This document shows, one piece after another, positions 1 through 10,426 of a stretch of 64,000 bases of DNA. Every line of letters begins with the position of its first letter. Position 1 is the stretch's first letter. Below the pieces are notes generated by a model. That model worked only from the letters and a program-made list of their open reading frames with translations, made no database searches and was not told the origin of the DNA. The stretch lies in the IMG/VR virus record IMGVR_UViG_3300035698_018317, positions 161,285-225,284 of that record; one strand, written 5' to 3'. Position numbers and translations under genes: made by a program.

Positions 1-171
1 AAGGACTAATTTGGGTCGATTCACAATTTCTTTTTTTAACTTGTAATGTTCGTGTGCTGTTGTTACAATTCTCTCAATGTTAGCAAGAGCTACATCTTCA
101 AGGCGTAATTGCTCTATTTGAGCAGCAATTTCTACTCGCTTATTTTGAATGTATTTTATATCATCAATCAT
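1..171 (-). CDS. hypothetical protein, partial (runs off window start)
   Basis: Open frame read manually on the minus strand: MIDDIKYIQNKRVEIAAQIEQLRLEDVALANIERIV... Confidence 0.5.
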   Translation of the reverse strand, partial: MIDDIKYIQNKRVEIAAQIEQLRLEDVALANIERIVTTAHEHYKLKKEIVNRPKLVL

Positions 172-206
172 AAAAGCATTATAAGATAAATCGGGGAAAA
201 AATCAA

Positions 207-695
207 CTACTTTCCTGTGCTACCAAAACCACCTAAACCACGGTCGGTATCTGATAGTTCTCCAACTTCTTCGATTTCGCCATAAATGGTCTGTTCGATT
301 TTGAGTTGTCCTATTCTATCGCCTTTTTTGTAAATCTTAAGAGCTGGTACGAAACCGCTAGCGGAGAATGTTGCCCCATGTGCTCTTTTAATATATGAAT
401 ATATACACTTAAATCTAAATCTTATTGAATTTCTGTAAGAATTATCTATAAGTCCTTCGCCATTACAAAGAACTAAATCATATTTGCTCACACTAGACCG
501 AGCAGATATTTTGAGATGATACCCAATTGGCAATTCAACGGCAATGCCAGTATCATATTCTATATATCTTTTATCTTTAGACCATACGCCATCATCTATG
601 GCTACAACATCATAACCTGAATCGGTTGGAGTCCCTTGAGTGGGTATCTGTGCATCATCATGCGTTCTTTTTACTTTCATACTAATTTTATTCAT
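207..695 (-). CDS. dut: dUTP diphosphatase (trimeric dUTPase)
   Basis: Motifs SGYDV, ARSSV, GLIDNSYR, GDRIGQL and C-terminal RGLGGFGSTG. Confidence 0.93.
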   Translation of the reverse strand: MNKISMKVKRTHDDAQIPTQGTPTDSGYDVVAIDDGVWSKDKRYIEYDTGIAVELPIGYHLKISARSSVSKYDLVLCNGEGLIDNSYRNSIRFRFKCIYSYIKRAHGATFSASGFVPALKIYKKGDRIGQLKIEQTIYGEIEEVGELSDTDRGLGGFGSTGK

Positions 696-919
696 ATTTC
701 TTTTCCTGCTGAAAATGTAGCAATAACTCTATATGTTTCCAAATTAACGACTCTCATCATGCCATAAAAAATAGAATCTTTTGATAATATTTTAGCTTCT
801 ATCCTAGCAGATTCTTCGTCGTCAAAATCTGTGTGCCTTACATCTTCCCATTGACTGTCTTGATATCTATTTTGTAATGTAAATCTATTCATTATTTTAT
901 GCTTCATATAGCATTTCAT
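692..919 (-). CDS. hypothetical protein
   Basis: ORF tightly packed in the minus-strand operon, overlapping neighbours. Confidence 0.55.
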   Translation of the reverse strand: MKCYMKHKIMNRFTLQNRYQDSQWEDVRHTDFDDEESARIEAKILSKDSIFYGMMRVVNLETYRVIATFSAGKEI

Positions 920-1517
920 ATGTGACTAATTCTTTAGGGGGAACATATAAATTAAATTTACCATACTTTTCATTCCAATTCTTTTTCCACCATATATCAC
1001 ATTTTCCATCGGAGTACACCTTTTGGTTTCGTTTGTTTTTTATCCACTTTTTAGTAGTGAGTTCATCAAACTTTTCTGGCTTATCCCATTTTTCTTTTGT
1101 CCTATTCCAATTTGCTATAAGTCTGGTGCAAATACGACAAAGTTCTTTGCTCTCACATCTAGAAACAGATTGTAATTTATGATTCTTCGTGACTCCGACA
1201 TAGTAATATTCAGACATATGATTAAATAATGCCTTTATATCTCTTCCTTTTTTTGTCTTTTCGTGATTCCACCCATAAAACGGCTGGGCTATCACCACTG
1301 GGTAGTCGGGCCAGTTATATCTAATTTTAAACTGGATGGGGACATTCTTTTTATCGGCAAAATCTGCCCACAAATCTATCCCTGTTTTATCTTCGTCTAA
1401 CGTAACAGGTCTTACATCTTTAAAGTGTTTAATGTTAGTTAGAATTTCAATACATTCGTTCGTGTTTTTATCAGAAACATTCTTTCTGTTTACAAATGAC
1501 GTTTCGTTTACTGGCAT
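897..1517 (-). CDS. hypothetical protein, possible PD-(D/E)XK nuclease fold
   Basis: Operon position; DEDKTGIDLW...IQFKIR resembles a D...(Q/E)xK nuclease motif (weak). Confidence 0.55.
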   Translation of the reverse strand: MPVNETSFVNRKNVSDKNTNECIEILTNIKHFKDVRPVTLDEDKTGIDLWADFADKKNVPIQFKIRYNWPDYPVVIAQPFYGWNHEKTKKGRDIKALFNHMSEYYYVGVTKNHKLQSVSRCESKELCRICTRLIANWNRTKEKWDKPEKFDELTTKKWIKNKRNQKVYSDGKCDIWWKKNWNEKYGKFNLYVPPKELVTYEMLYEA

Positions 1518-1529
1518 AATTTCCTTTCA

Positions 1530-4178
1530 TTAGCCGCATTTACTCCACCCACATGAGCAGCCTATGCAACCTTCATTTCTCATTAAATCATTTCCGCCAC
1601 ATTCTGGGCATTTTCCATTTACTTTTGTACCATTCTTGATATACTTCTTCAAAGCACGAGATATCGCCTTTGAAAGACAGCATAAATCACCTTCTGATTT
1701 TTCCAACTGTTCTACAACATAGAGGATGTCTGCTCCATGACGAAGGGATGTAGAGATAAGACGGGTAAAGATGTCTTCTTCTGGCGTTGCATCTTTTGTC
1801 ACATCATCAATTGTGAAACCATCTTCTTCAAATCGTAATGAATAAACACCGCTTTTTGTTTTTGTAATAGTTCCAACTACGTTTTTCTTGGGGACAAAAC
1901 CGTTTTCCATTACAAATATTTCATATGGGTCTCCACCCAACAGCCCAACCATAACCAGATAATCAAAAGTTCTTACTTTATCCAACTTCTTAGTTACTTT
2001 GATATGGTGAATATCACACTGAAGTACATTAGGTCTTATCGGTGCTTTCGTTTTAGAAATTTGCCCTATATCAGCGGCATGAGGGCTAATTCCAAAATAT
2101 TGCTCAAGCTCCCCATGCTCCTTCTTGGTAAAGTTTTGGTCATGAATATTCAAACCTTCCGATATCAACTTGGTTGCAAGAGATTTAAAAGGAACATAAG
2201 AAATAATTCCATACATCTTCTTGTCAGGGAAGGCAGCTATACTTTTAACTTCTTTTTTATGTGCAGCGAGAATAAAATTATAAATATCACGCCACTTAGC
2301 ACTTTCTGGGAGCATGTATGTAACAGAGATAGAAGAGTCTATATGTTTCATTACTTGCTCCATCAAGTCTAATTTATCCATTGGTTTTACAACAGTAGAG
2401 CGATGGAACTTGATTCCTAATTTTTTCAAATTATTATCTATGAATTCAGCTACAGGCTTCCCATGTTTACCGTCCCATGTGTCCTTAATAGTATCGCTTG
2501 CGATGGGGATTTCTAAACCATGTTCTTTAAAGGCTTGTCTAACAACAGCAGGCACACAGAAATAGTATTCATAATGACCAGCAATACGTGTTCTCTTCCA
2601 GAAATAAATACCAAAAGCAGGTTCAATTCCATAAGACAAAACTAAATCTCTAAACATAAGAGATAATGTACCTGTTGGTGCAATGCTGGAACAATTGCAA
2701 TTTCGCATGGTTTTGAAATCCAAACCAAGCTTCATCATTCTTTTTACAAATGGTGAAGCTTCAAATTTTTCTTTCTTGAACAAACCGAAGCTTCCTTTTT
2801 CCTTGCCTAATTCTATTGAATACTTATAAAGATGATAATTATATCTCTTTGTGAATTCTGCAATGGCTTTATTACCTTCAGGTGTACCGTATTCAAGACC
2901 TTGTTTGAATAACCATCCTGCGATGTTGGTATATCCAGCCCCAATACGTCTCAATTTTTCTATAGCCATTTTCTGGAATGGGGTAGCATAAGTTCCAATA
3001 CGGGCTTCCATGGTGTTTACGTTATCAAGGAACCTCACTAGGGATTCGCCTACCTTTTGAAGTTGTGCCTCGTATTCTTCTGGAATAACAGAAAACGTTC
3101 CTACATTAGCTGATGATAGAACACAAAGTGCATCTCTAGAAAGATATTGCTCTGAGCAAGCATTTGTAGAAATTATCCTGCTGTCGTATTCGTCCTTGGG
3201 GTCATAAACATAATCTGAATTAGAATATTTTCTAGCAATGTCTATATTTTGTATCCCCGGTTCGGCGAATTTAGACATATTTTTCGCTATAAGCTCAAGA
3301 AGTTGTCTAGCTTTAACTGTCTTGATAATTTTTTCTTCTTTTCGATTTTTCCTAGCAAGATAGTAGTGCTTTTTCTTTTTCTCATCATATAAAGAATCTT
3401 TGTCCGTACTATGGACATCTAAGAAAACTTTTTGTCCCTTTCTAATTTCTGGGATGGTAAAGGTGAGATTCCAATCTTTGTCCTTTTCTACCGCCTTATA
3501 AAATGCTTCTGTACAATGAACAGATATATTAGCATTTTGCATATGCGTAGTGTCTTCCTTCATCTTGATGAATTCTTCAACATCAGGATGGTCGCAAGAA
3601 AGAGAGAAAAGCATAGCAGGCACACGACCGAATTGACCAACATAATAACCAATTGAATCTATAAATTTCATCCAATGAGTAGCACCAGAAGATGTGCTTG
3701 CGGAATTTTTCACAGATGTCCCTACAGGGCGTAGTCGAGAAAAATCAACACCTATTCCTTGACGGAATGCGGCGGCTTTAGCAACTGTATAAGCTGTATT
3801 TTTGATAATGCTTTCTAAATTGTCCCATTCTTCATCATCTCTACCGTTTCCTAAAGAGATAGTGGTGCAATTACATAAAGAAACATTTTTACCTGATGCT
3901 GCACCTTGCATAATACTTCCTGCTGGGTGCCACCAATCTTTGTAAATTTCATCAAACCATCGCTTAGACCAATATTTTTTAAGTGCTGCTGTTTCTTCAG
4001 CAGAGGCAACAAAATCACATACTCTTTTTATTGCTTGGACATAAGTTTCGCCTTCAAATAGAATGTATTTTTTATTAAACGCATCTATGGCGAATTGGTT
4101 ACTTTTGAAATATTCGTCGGTGGTTTGGTCTTTGACAGACTCATAAGTTATAACGGTATCAACGCTCTTTTCCATCAT
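1530..4178 (-). CDS. nrdJ: ribonucleoside reductase class II (adenosylcobalamin-dependent) with C-terminal TSCPD-like/Zn-ribbon region
   Basis: PAGSIM, SLCNC, GIGVDFSRLRP, TNACSE finger loop, RRIGAG, SIAPTGTLS, IDSSISVT; C-terminal CPECG...EGCIGCSCGWSKC; no NrdB/NrdG nearby. Confidence 0.88.
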   Translation of the reverse strand: MMEKSVDTVITYESVKDQTTDEYFKSNQFAIDAFNKKYILFEGETYVQAIKRVCDFVASAEETAALKKYWSKRWFDEIYKDWWHPAGSIMQGAASGKNVSLCNCTTISLGNGRDDEEWDNLESIIKNTAYTVAKAAAFRQGIGVDFSRLRPVGTSVKNSASTSSGATHWMKFIDSIGYYVGQFGRVPAMLFSLSCDHPDVEEFIKMKEDTTHMQNANISVHCTEAFYKAVEKDKDWNLTFTIPEIRKGQKVFLDVHSTDKDSLYDEKKKKHYYLARKNRKEEKIIKTVKARQLLELIAKNMSKFAEPGIQNIDIARKYSNSDYVYDPKDEYDSRIISTNACSEQYLSRDALCVLSSANVGTFSVIPEEYEAQLQKVGESLVRFLDNVNTMEARIGTYATPFQKMAIEKLRRIGAGYTNIAGWLFKQGLEYGTPEGNKAIAEFTKRYNYHLYKYSIELGKEKGSFGLFKKEKFEASPFVKRMMKLGLDFKTMRNCNCSSIAPTGTLSLMFRDLVLSYGIEPAFGIYFWKRTRIAGHYEYYFCVPAVVRQAFKEHGLEIPIASDTIKDTWDGKHGKPVAEFIDNNLKKLGIKFHRSTVVKPMDKLDLMEQVMKHIDSSISVTYMLPESAKWRDIYNFILAAHKKEVKSIAAFPDKKMYGIISYVPFKSLATKLISEGLNIHDQNFTKKEHGELEQYFGISPHAADIGQISKTKAPIRPNVLQCDIHHIKVTKKLDKVRTFDYLVMVGLLGGDPYEIFVMENGFVPKKNVVGTITKTKSGVYSLRFEEDGFTIDDVTKDATPEEDIFTRLISTSLRHGADILYVVEQLEKSEGDLCCLSKAISRALKKYIKNGTKVNGKCPECGGNDLMRNEGCIGCSCGWSKCG

Positions 4179-4286
4179 TGTGTTTTCTTTCTTTTCTACG
4201 CTCAGGTCTTGAACTACTTTTCAAATCAAATTATCTAACAATATTATTCCTAAAAATAATATCTAATTTAATATTAAGTTTGTTCA

Positions 4287-6275
4287 TCAAACTAAAGTTG
4301 TAAATTCGTTTTTTCTTTCCAAGTTAATAGAATCACAATCGCCTAACGCCTCTAATAAATCACGGTCATGTGTAGTCACAAACACCTTTTTGTTCTTCGA
4401 TAACTGCATAATCATGTTGTATACGTTCTCTACACCTAGTGGGTCTATGTTCGTTGTAACTTCATCTAAAAACAAAATAGATGAAGCTGCTCCAGAATCT
4501 ATTGTCATTATGTGAGCAAATGCTTGAGACACAGCAAGGTTAAGTCGCCTTCGTTCGCCACCTGATAAATTATGGTAAACAAATGATTCGCTTTTACTCG
4601 GAACTCTGCTAATTATCTCATTAAATTCATTATCAAATTCTAATTTGATTTTTCCATCAATAAGGAATTGAAGCCAATAAGTAATACGAGAATTTAATGC
4701 TGGAATTATTCCATCAATAATAAATTTTCTTATTCCGTTATCTCCGAAAGCATTGACCCAAAAATTATAATAAGGCAAGTCTTGTTCGGTTTTTTCTAGT
4801 TCAGTTTTCTTATCTTTACATTCATTTTCCTTGTCCTCTTTTTCTTTAATAGATAATAATTTTATCTCTTTGTAAGGAGAAAGTCCATCAATTTCTTTTT
4901 TCTTTACTATTGCTTGTTTCTTAAGGCTTTCAATGTCGTTATTAAGAATCTTATCGTCTGCATCTGCATCTGGTTTATTAACTTTAGACAAACGAGACAT
5001 GTTAAAAGTGATACTGGTAATTATCTTAGAGTTATTTAAAGATTTCTTTGAGGCTAATTCAACAGCCTCATTTAATTTTTTTGTTTTTAAATTTATTGTT
5101 TCTAGAAGGGCTGATTTTTCTTTGGCAATTAATTTTTGAGCTTCTAGTTTTTCTTTCTCTTTGTCAATGATTTTTTCAGATTCTATTGTGAGATGTTCAT
5201 AATTTTCTTTTTTAACAATTCCAAGACACGTTGGGCATTTCTTACCTTTTTTATTTTCATAATCAGATATGGTCTTCTCATTTTTTCTAATTGTAGATGA
5301 GAAATCTGCCATGTTAGATTGTGCCTTATTTAAAGCAGAATCCAATTCATATTTCTTGGCAAGCTCTTCATCTAATTGCCCTTGAACCGTTTCTTTTATC
5401 TTGTTTATTTGCTCAATCTCAGATTGACGCAGAGACATCTTTTCTTCTAATTCTTTCAACTCTTCTTGTGCTTCGTTGTACTTAATAAGAGCAGCCCCAG
5501 AATTACTATTTCTGAGAGATATAGTTTTAGTTTTAATAAGATTGATTAATTCAGCAAGTTCTTCTTCTTTATTGTTTTTCCATTCTTCTTCTTGTTGTTT
5601 TATTTTCTCAATACGAGTTTCGCATGAATTTAATTGGGAAAGAAAACTGGAATATTGTTCAGAAATTAGTTTTATTTTTTCTTTGTATTTGCTCTTTATT
5701 TTCTTGGCTTTATCTGAATACTCCCGATAAGAACCTAAAGATAACAAGTTATCAATAATTTGTCTTTTCGTTGGGGTATCGCTCTCTAGGAAACACCCAC
5801 TGTTGTTATCCCTGAATATAACAGTATTTACAAACGTTTCATACGAGAGGCCGATAATGTCTTGAATCGCTTTCTGGGTATCGGTCATGCTCCCACGAGT
5901 CTTTTCATTATTTTCATCCCATATATGGTCTTTACTTTCCCACAACTTAAGCTTGTTGGGCTTTCTACTTCGAACTATTCGATAGTTATCCCATATAATT
6001 TCTACTTCTAAATCCTTACATATTGTAAGATTTATTATCTTATCATTTGTAAGTTTTTTAATAGTTTTTCCATACAAAGCATAAACAAGTATTTCAGGTA
6101 TGCTTGACTTTCCAACTCCATTTGAAGATGCGTGTCCTTCATCATCTAAAATATCTTTATTCTTACCACGAACAAGAATTATATTCCCGTATGATTTTAA
6201 ATCAATTTCGATTCCCTCTGGGCCGAAACATAAGAAATTCTTTGCCCGAATATATTGAAAGTCTAAATTCTTCAT
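4287..6275 (-). CDS. sbcC: SbcC/Rad50-like (T4 gp46-like) recombination ATPase
   Basis: Walker A NGVGKSS, long coiled coil with Zn hook CPTC, signature LSGGE, Walker B LFLDE, H-loop VTTHD. Confidence 0.93.
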   Translation of the reverse strand: MKNLDFQYIRAKNFLCFGPEGIEIDLKSYGNIILVRGKNKDILDDEGHASSNGVGKSSIPEILVYALYGKTIKKLTNDKIINLTICKDLEVEIIWDNYRIVRSRKPNKLKLWESKDHIWDENNEKTRGSMTDTQKAIQDIIGLSYETFVNTVIFRDNNSGCFLESDTPTKRQIIDNLLSLGSYREYSDKAKKIKSKYKEKIKLISEQYSSFLSQLNSCETRIEKIKQQEEEWKNNKEEELAELINLIKTKTISLRNSNSGAALIKYNEAQEELKELEEKMSLRQSEIEQINKIKETVQGQLDEELAKKYELDSALNKAQSNMADFSSTIRKNEKTISDYENKKGKKCPTCLGIVKKENYEHLTIESEKIIDKEKEKLEAQKLIAKEKSALLETINLKTKKLNEAVELASKKSLNNSKIITSITFNMSRLSKVNKPDADADDKILNNDIESLKKQAIVKKKEIDGLSPYKEIKLLSIKEKEDKENECKDKKTELEKTEQDLPYYNFWVNAFGDNGIRKFIIDGIIPALNSRITYWLQFLIDGKIKLEFDNEFNEIISRVPSKSESFVYHNLSGGERRRLNLAVSQAFAHIMTIDSGAASSILFLDEVTTNIDPLGVENVYNMIMQLSKNKKVFVTTHDRDLLEALGDCDSINLERKNEFTTLV

Positions 6276-6688
6276 TAAAAAGCCTTATCGTGTTTATAGG
6301 GTCTGGTTTTATTGTAATTATGTTTGGCTAATATCGCCTCTGGAAGATTTAATTTCTTTTGAATTGAAAAATCCATAATTCGAATAACAGCATCAGCTAG
6401 TTCTGCTTCTAAGTTGGTAAATTCTGGAATCTTATCATCTGGGGGATTGCCATGTCTTATGGCCTCTAATGCTTCGCTTAATTCTGAATGCATAAGAGCT
6501 ATTTTTGTCCCGTCATCTGGGTCATCTTCCCAAAATCCATGGTCTATTGCGGTTTCATTAGTCAACTTGGCAACGTGGGAAAAACCCTGCATGAAGAATT
6601 GCAGTTGGCTTTTTTCCCGAATATCTGCGAGTTTCATTTCATCTTCAGGAGTATTGTGATGACCACAGCTACATTTTTTATTTTTCAT
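6275..6688 (-). CDS. MazG-like nucleotide pyrophosphohydrolase
   Basis: IALMHSELSEALEA...EAELADAVIRIMD...KHNYNKTRPYKH; start placed at MKNKK. Confidence 0.8.
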   Translation of the reverse strand: MKNKKCSCGHHNTPEDEMKLADIREKSQLQFFMQGFSHVAKLTNETAIDHGFWEDDPDDGTKIALMHSELSEALEAIRHGNPPDDKIPEFTNLEAELADAVIRIMDFSIQKKLNLPEAILAKHNYNKTRPYKHDKAF

Positions 6689-7748
6689 TTTTATCCTCGC
6701 ATATATTATGCCCAATTTTTAACAATTTTTCTTTATCGAGGCCATCAAGAGAGTCTGCCTCGTTTTTAACTTCGATATATTTTTCTAACATTTCTGATTC
6801 TTTGTAGAGAATAGCTTTAGCATTTATTACGAGGTCTTCTTCCTCTTCTTTGTCGGCTTGTTTAAACTCTAAAGTCCCTACACTATTTTTATTTAATATT
6901 TCACTTCTCAATTCAACGATATCAGAAGATGTTAAATCATCCATAATGACTTGAACAAAATTGCCATTTAAATCATATTTGTCTATGTCTTTCTGAGGAA
7001 TGATAAAGTGTTGGGGGCTAAAATCGTTTCTTACGTATTCTCTTTCTTGTGTTTCCAAGTCATATACAAGTAGCTCTTTATGAGTAAAAGCTTCTCCAAA
7101 ACTTAACTGAAGTGGGGAGCCAATATATTCAATATTTGGCTTGATAGTTTGTTTGGCATGATAATGACCAAGAAATACTTGGTCCCAATTTTTGAATATA
7201 TCCGGGGTCATTTTGTCCATGTATCCATCATGTTCGACAGAAACATTAGAATGAACGCCAGCCCTAACATTAAGTAATGCTCCATCTATAGCACAATGGC
7301 CACATAATATCTTATGTTTAGAGTCATTTTTAATTTCAGTGATATCTTCACCGGGATTAGATGTATAGGGAAGGAAGCTAATTGGATATTCACCTACTTG
7401 TAAGGTACAGGGACGGTTTATAACGACCGCATTAGGAAGGCTTTTAAGGGGATAGACACTACTCACATCCCATTTATTTAAATGCCATATATCATGATTG
7501 CCCAATAAAAAATAGACATGCACAGACCCATCCATATATTTTTCAAATATTTCGAAAGACTTTTGATAGGTGTATACGTCTATTTTTTGTTTTTCGTGAA
7601 ATAAATCACCAAGAAGCAAAATGTGTTTAATTTTCTTTTCTTTTGCTGTTTCAAATATCCAAGTAAGTGCATCTAAACAATTTTGAAGACGACTATAACT
7701 CTTTTTGTGTGGATATAGATGTAAGTCAGCAGATAACAATACTTTCAT
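6678..7748 (-). CDS. sbcD: SbcD/Mre11-like (T4 gp47-like) nuclease
   Basis: Metallophosphoesterase motifs DLH, GDLFH, GNHD, GH, GHYH, YIGSP; adjacent to SbcC-like gene. Confidence 0.92.
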   Translation of the reverse strand: MKVLLSADLHLYPHKKSYSRLQNCLDALTWIFETAKEKKIKHILLLGDLFHEKQKIDVYTYQKSFEIFEKYMDGSVHVYFLLGNHDIWHLNKWDVSSVYPLKSLPNAVVINRPCTLQVGEYPISFLPYTSNPGEDITEIKNDSKHKILCGHCAIDGALLNVRAGVHSNVSVEHDGYMDKMTPDIFKNWDQVFLGHYHAKQTIKPNIEYIGSPLQLSFGEAFTHKELLVYDLETQEREYVRNDFSPQHFIIPQKDIDKYDLNGNFVQVIMDDLTSSDIVELRSEILNKNSVGTLEFKQADKEEEEDLVINAKAILYKESEMLEKYIEVKNEADSLDGLDKEKLLKIGHNICEDKNEK

Positions 7749-7789
7749 AACAACCTCTATTGAGCGGATAACTCAATAGAGCCATCCGA

Positions 7790-8254
7790 CTACATCATTG
7801 GTGGGGGAGGGGCCGCAGCGGGGGGCATTCCCGGCTGTTGAGGCGGCTGTTGTTGTGGTTGAATTGGTGGTGGAGGTTGTTGTGGTTGTGGGGGTTGTTG
7901 TTGCTGTTGCATAGAATCTACCATATTTGGGTCGGCTTCGCCAGCTTTTTCTTCTGGATTTACAGGTTTCCCTGAAAGTATTTTTTCTATTACTTCCCAA
8001 ACGTTAGTAGCTTTGAATTCTGCGGCTGGTTCTGGTTGTCCCGGTTGTGGTTGACCACCCATCGGGTCCATGCCGCCCATTGGAGGAGCACCGCCACCCA
8101 TCGGGGGAGCACCACCACCCATTGGAGGAGCACCACCCATTGGAGGGGCACCACCCATTGGGTCCATTCCACCGCCGCCCATTGGAGGAGCACCGCCGCC
8201 CATTGGAGGAGCTTGCGGGTCTTGTTCTATGATAAAATCTTCGAAAGTTTTCAT
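7790..8254 (-). CDS. Pro/Gly/Met/Gln-rich low-complexity protein with CTS-like N-terminus (MKTFEDFIIE)
   Basis: GGAPPM repeats; N-terminal motif shared with about ten other genes; CTATATATA motif upstream. Confidence 0.75.
   Translation of the reverse strand: MKTFEDFIIEQDPQAPPMGGGAPPMGGGGMDPMGGAPPMGGAPPMGGGAPPMGGGAPPMGGMDPMGGQPQPGQPEPAAEFKATNVWEVIEKILSGKPVNPEEKAGEADPNMVDSMQQQQQPPQPQQPPPPIQPQQQPPQQPGMPPAAAPPPPMM
8040..8220. repeat. coding tandem repeats (GGAPPM/GGMDPM units, ~18-21 bp)
   Basis: Repeated ggagcacc(a/g)cc(a/g)cccat units inside the low-complexity ORF. Confidence 0.85.
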
Positions 8255-8398
8255 TACAATATATATAGTGATTCTAGTTCACAAAGAAAAACAAGTTTTT
8301 TCTTGTTTTTTCATTAAAAATATTCTATATTACTTACAGTGGTAGATACGCTACCGAAGATTGCAGCAAAAGGCTGCGTAGAAGAAGGAAAACAAAAT

Positions 8399-9328
8399 AT
8401 GTACGAAGAAAAAATTGCTAGTGCTATTGCGCTCATAGCGGAACACAACGAAGCCATTGGAAAAGATGACGATGGCAATCCAAATCCGGGGTATATAGAC
8501 CCCACAGATTTCACAACATGCTTAAAGGCATCAGGTGGAACTTCCGAAGAAAGACTTAAAGGGTTCTCTTATGAGGATATTTTAACCTGTCTTCCAAAAG
8601 TCAAAACACCATCTGGTATAGAGGCATTTCCTCGTGTTGTGGCTAAAGAAATTGCAAAAATATTTCGAGGTGGCGAAAAAGTTGAAAATCGTCCTATTAG
8701 TCGCAGAAGAACAGAACGTATGACTTTAAGGGAATTAGTCGAGAGTTTCGACCCAGAAGAACACACATCTGCAATTGCCAAAAGACTTTATGAAATTTCC
8801 AACGGGCAAGCTTTTATTGTATTTGAAAATGGTCGTGTTGTAGATGTAGACACCACCATGAAGCTACTGTTGGAAATTAAACAAGGTCATAAAGGAAGGG
8901 CAAACATAAAGGTAAATGACAAAATAAAAAGAGTCCATAAAATAGGACAATTACCTGATAATTATGCTGTTGAAAACCCATTATACCCACGCCGTCCATT
9001 GCGACCCGACGGAACTTGTGACCAAACAGGACGCTCATGGGAAGGAGTTACTTTAGAAATAATGCAACTTGTTAGACTTGCAATAACAACAGGAGAATTA
9101 AAAGTAAACTTAGAAATGGCCCATAATACATTGGATATGGCTATGGGTGAAGGTGCCGAAGAAAAGCTTAGAGATAGATATAGAGATGCTTCTGTTCTGT
9201 TCGATGAAAAACCAGATGATAGACCTAAATTGAAAATTTCATTAAACGGAAACTCTAAAGGAAATCCTTTAAAAGAAGGTCGCCCCGTAAGATGGAAAAA
9301 AGAAGGCAATGCGTATCGTTCACTATAA
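8399..9328 (+). CDS. hypothetical protein
   Basis: Long ORF; start placed at MYEEK after an AGAAGGA SD-like site. Confidence 0.75.
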   Translation: MYEEKIASAIALIAEHNEAIGKDDDGNPNPGYIDPTDFTTCLKASGGTSEERLKGFSYEDILTCLPKVKTPSGIEAFPRVVAKEIAKIFRGGEKVENRPISRRRTERMTLRELVESFDPEEHTSAIAKRLYEISNGQAFIVFENGRVVDVDTTMKLLLEIKQGHKGRANIKVNDKIKRVHKIGQLPDNYAVENPLYPRRPLRPDGTCDQTGRSWEGVTLEIMQLVRLAITTGELKVNLEMAHNTLDMAMGEGAEEKLRDRYRDASVLFDEKPDDRPKLKISLNGNSKGNPLKEGRPVRWKKEGNAYRSL

Positions 9329-9346
9329 AACAATAAAGGATAAAAA

Positions 9347-10141
9347 ATGTCAAAAGAAAAAAAGAAATTATATGTAGCAATTGTGTTGGATAAGTCTGGT
9401 TCTATGTGGAAAACAAGAGAAGCTGCCATTATAGGATACAATGAACAAGTTCAACAGTTAAAAATAAATGAAGATGATTTAGAAACAGAAGTTTGTTTGG
9501 TAACGTTTAATGGACAAGTTTTTGAACATCTATGGTGCGTCCCTACTGATGACTTGACAGAAATAGGTGATGATGATTATAAACCATTGGGTGCCACGGC
9601 TCTGCGAGATGCCATGGGATATACAATCAAAAAACTCATGGACACTACAGACTACGAAGATGAAAATAATGCCTATCTCGTTATTGCCATTTCCGATGGT
9701 GATACCATGAGTGATAAACATTACAGTGTTGGTGCTTTAAAAGAATTAATCGAAGGCTGTCAAGCAACGAAACAATGGACGTTCACCCACATGGGATGTA
9801 ATGAGAATTATCTGAAAGAAATGGCAAAAGAAACCGGAATTCCAGTGGCTAATTATGCTGCATGGGATAATACATCTCTTGATTCTACGAGGGGTGGAAT
9901 GAAGAGAGCGACCGCAAGAACACAACTATATCGTAAAAGCATCGCTGGAGGGCAATGTTGTTCATCAAACTTTATGTCAGATGTGGACAACCAAGTTGCT
10001 GATTTCACGAAAGTAGATGATATAGATTTAATCGCAAAGAATGTTGATGTTGCATCAATCCCAAAACCCTCAACGACAACTAAAGCTAGAACAGTTTTCT
10101 GCGAAGCTAAAGCTGTTGAGTGGCCCCAAGAAGATAATTAA
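9347..10141 (+). CDS. von Willebrand factor type A (vWA) domain protein
   Basis: MIDAS motif VLDKSGSM, VTFN, G.TALRDA, VIAISDG. Confidence 0.88.
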   Translation: MSKEKKKLYVAIVLDKSGSMWKTREAAIIGYNEQVQQLKINEDDLETEVCLVTFNGQVFEHLWCVPTDDLTEIGDDDYKPLGATALRDAMGYTIKKLMDTTDYEDENNAYLVIAISDGDTMSDKHYSVGALKELIEGCQATKQWTFTHMGCNENYLKEMAKETGIPVANYAAWDNTSLDSTRGGMKRATARTQLYRKSIAGGQCCSSNFMSDVDNQVADFTKVDDIDLIAKNVDVASIPKPSTTTKARTVFCEAKAVEWPQEDN

Positions 10142-10157
10142 GATGTATAGATAAAGA

Positions 10158-10361
10158 GTGGGTTACAATAATTACAAACAGACTGACCGCAGTAAGTGCG
10201 AAGGTTGTATGGTTCCGTGGGAAACTTATACGGGATTTGGGATGTGCGGAAATAGAAATGGCCAATGCCCTTCGGGGCTAAGCTATCTATCGAAAGAAGA
10301 TGAGGAATTGCGGCAAAAAGCCCTGTTTGAAAGTTACGCATATAAAAAAAATCCACTGTAA
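10158..10361 (+). CDS. small Cys-rich hypothetical protein
   Basis: ORF with CxxC...C...C. Confidence 0.55.
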   Translation: MGYNNYKQTDRSKCEGCMVPWETYTGFGMCGNRNGQCPSGLSYLSKEDEELRQKALFESYAYKKNPL

Positions 10362-10374
10362 TCCGATTTTTATG

Positions 10375-10403
10375 TTTACAAACTAGAACGGATGCACTAT
10401 TAT
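10375..10403 (+). promoter_or_regulatory. sigma70-type promoter of tRNA operon leader
   Basis: TTTACA (10375-80), 17-nt spacer, TATTAT (10398-10403). Confidence 0.75.
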
Positions 10404-10426
10404 ACGTTAGAAGTAGGAAAAGAAAC

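Noticed and set aside
2004-6331. Plus-strand ORFs antisense to nrdJ and sbcC (and similar short antisense ORFs throughout)
   Set aside because: They lie fully opposite well-supported genes, with no motifs or RBS
8040-8220. Possible CRISPR array
   Set aside because: The repeats are contiguous in-frame coding units with no unique spacers and no cas genes; no CRISPR array was found in the window
7773-8345. Multiple alternative-frame ORFs over the GGAPPM repeat
   Set aside because: GC-rich codon repeats keep several frames open; only the MKTFEDF frame has the shared N-terminal motif and upstream promoter motif
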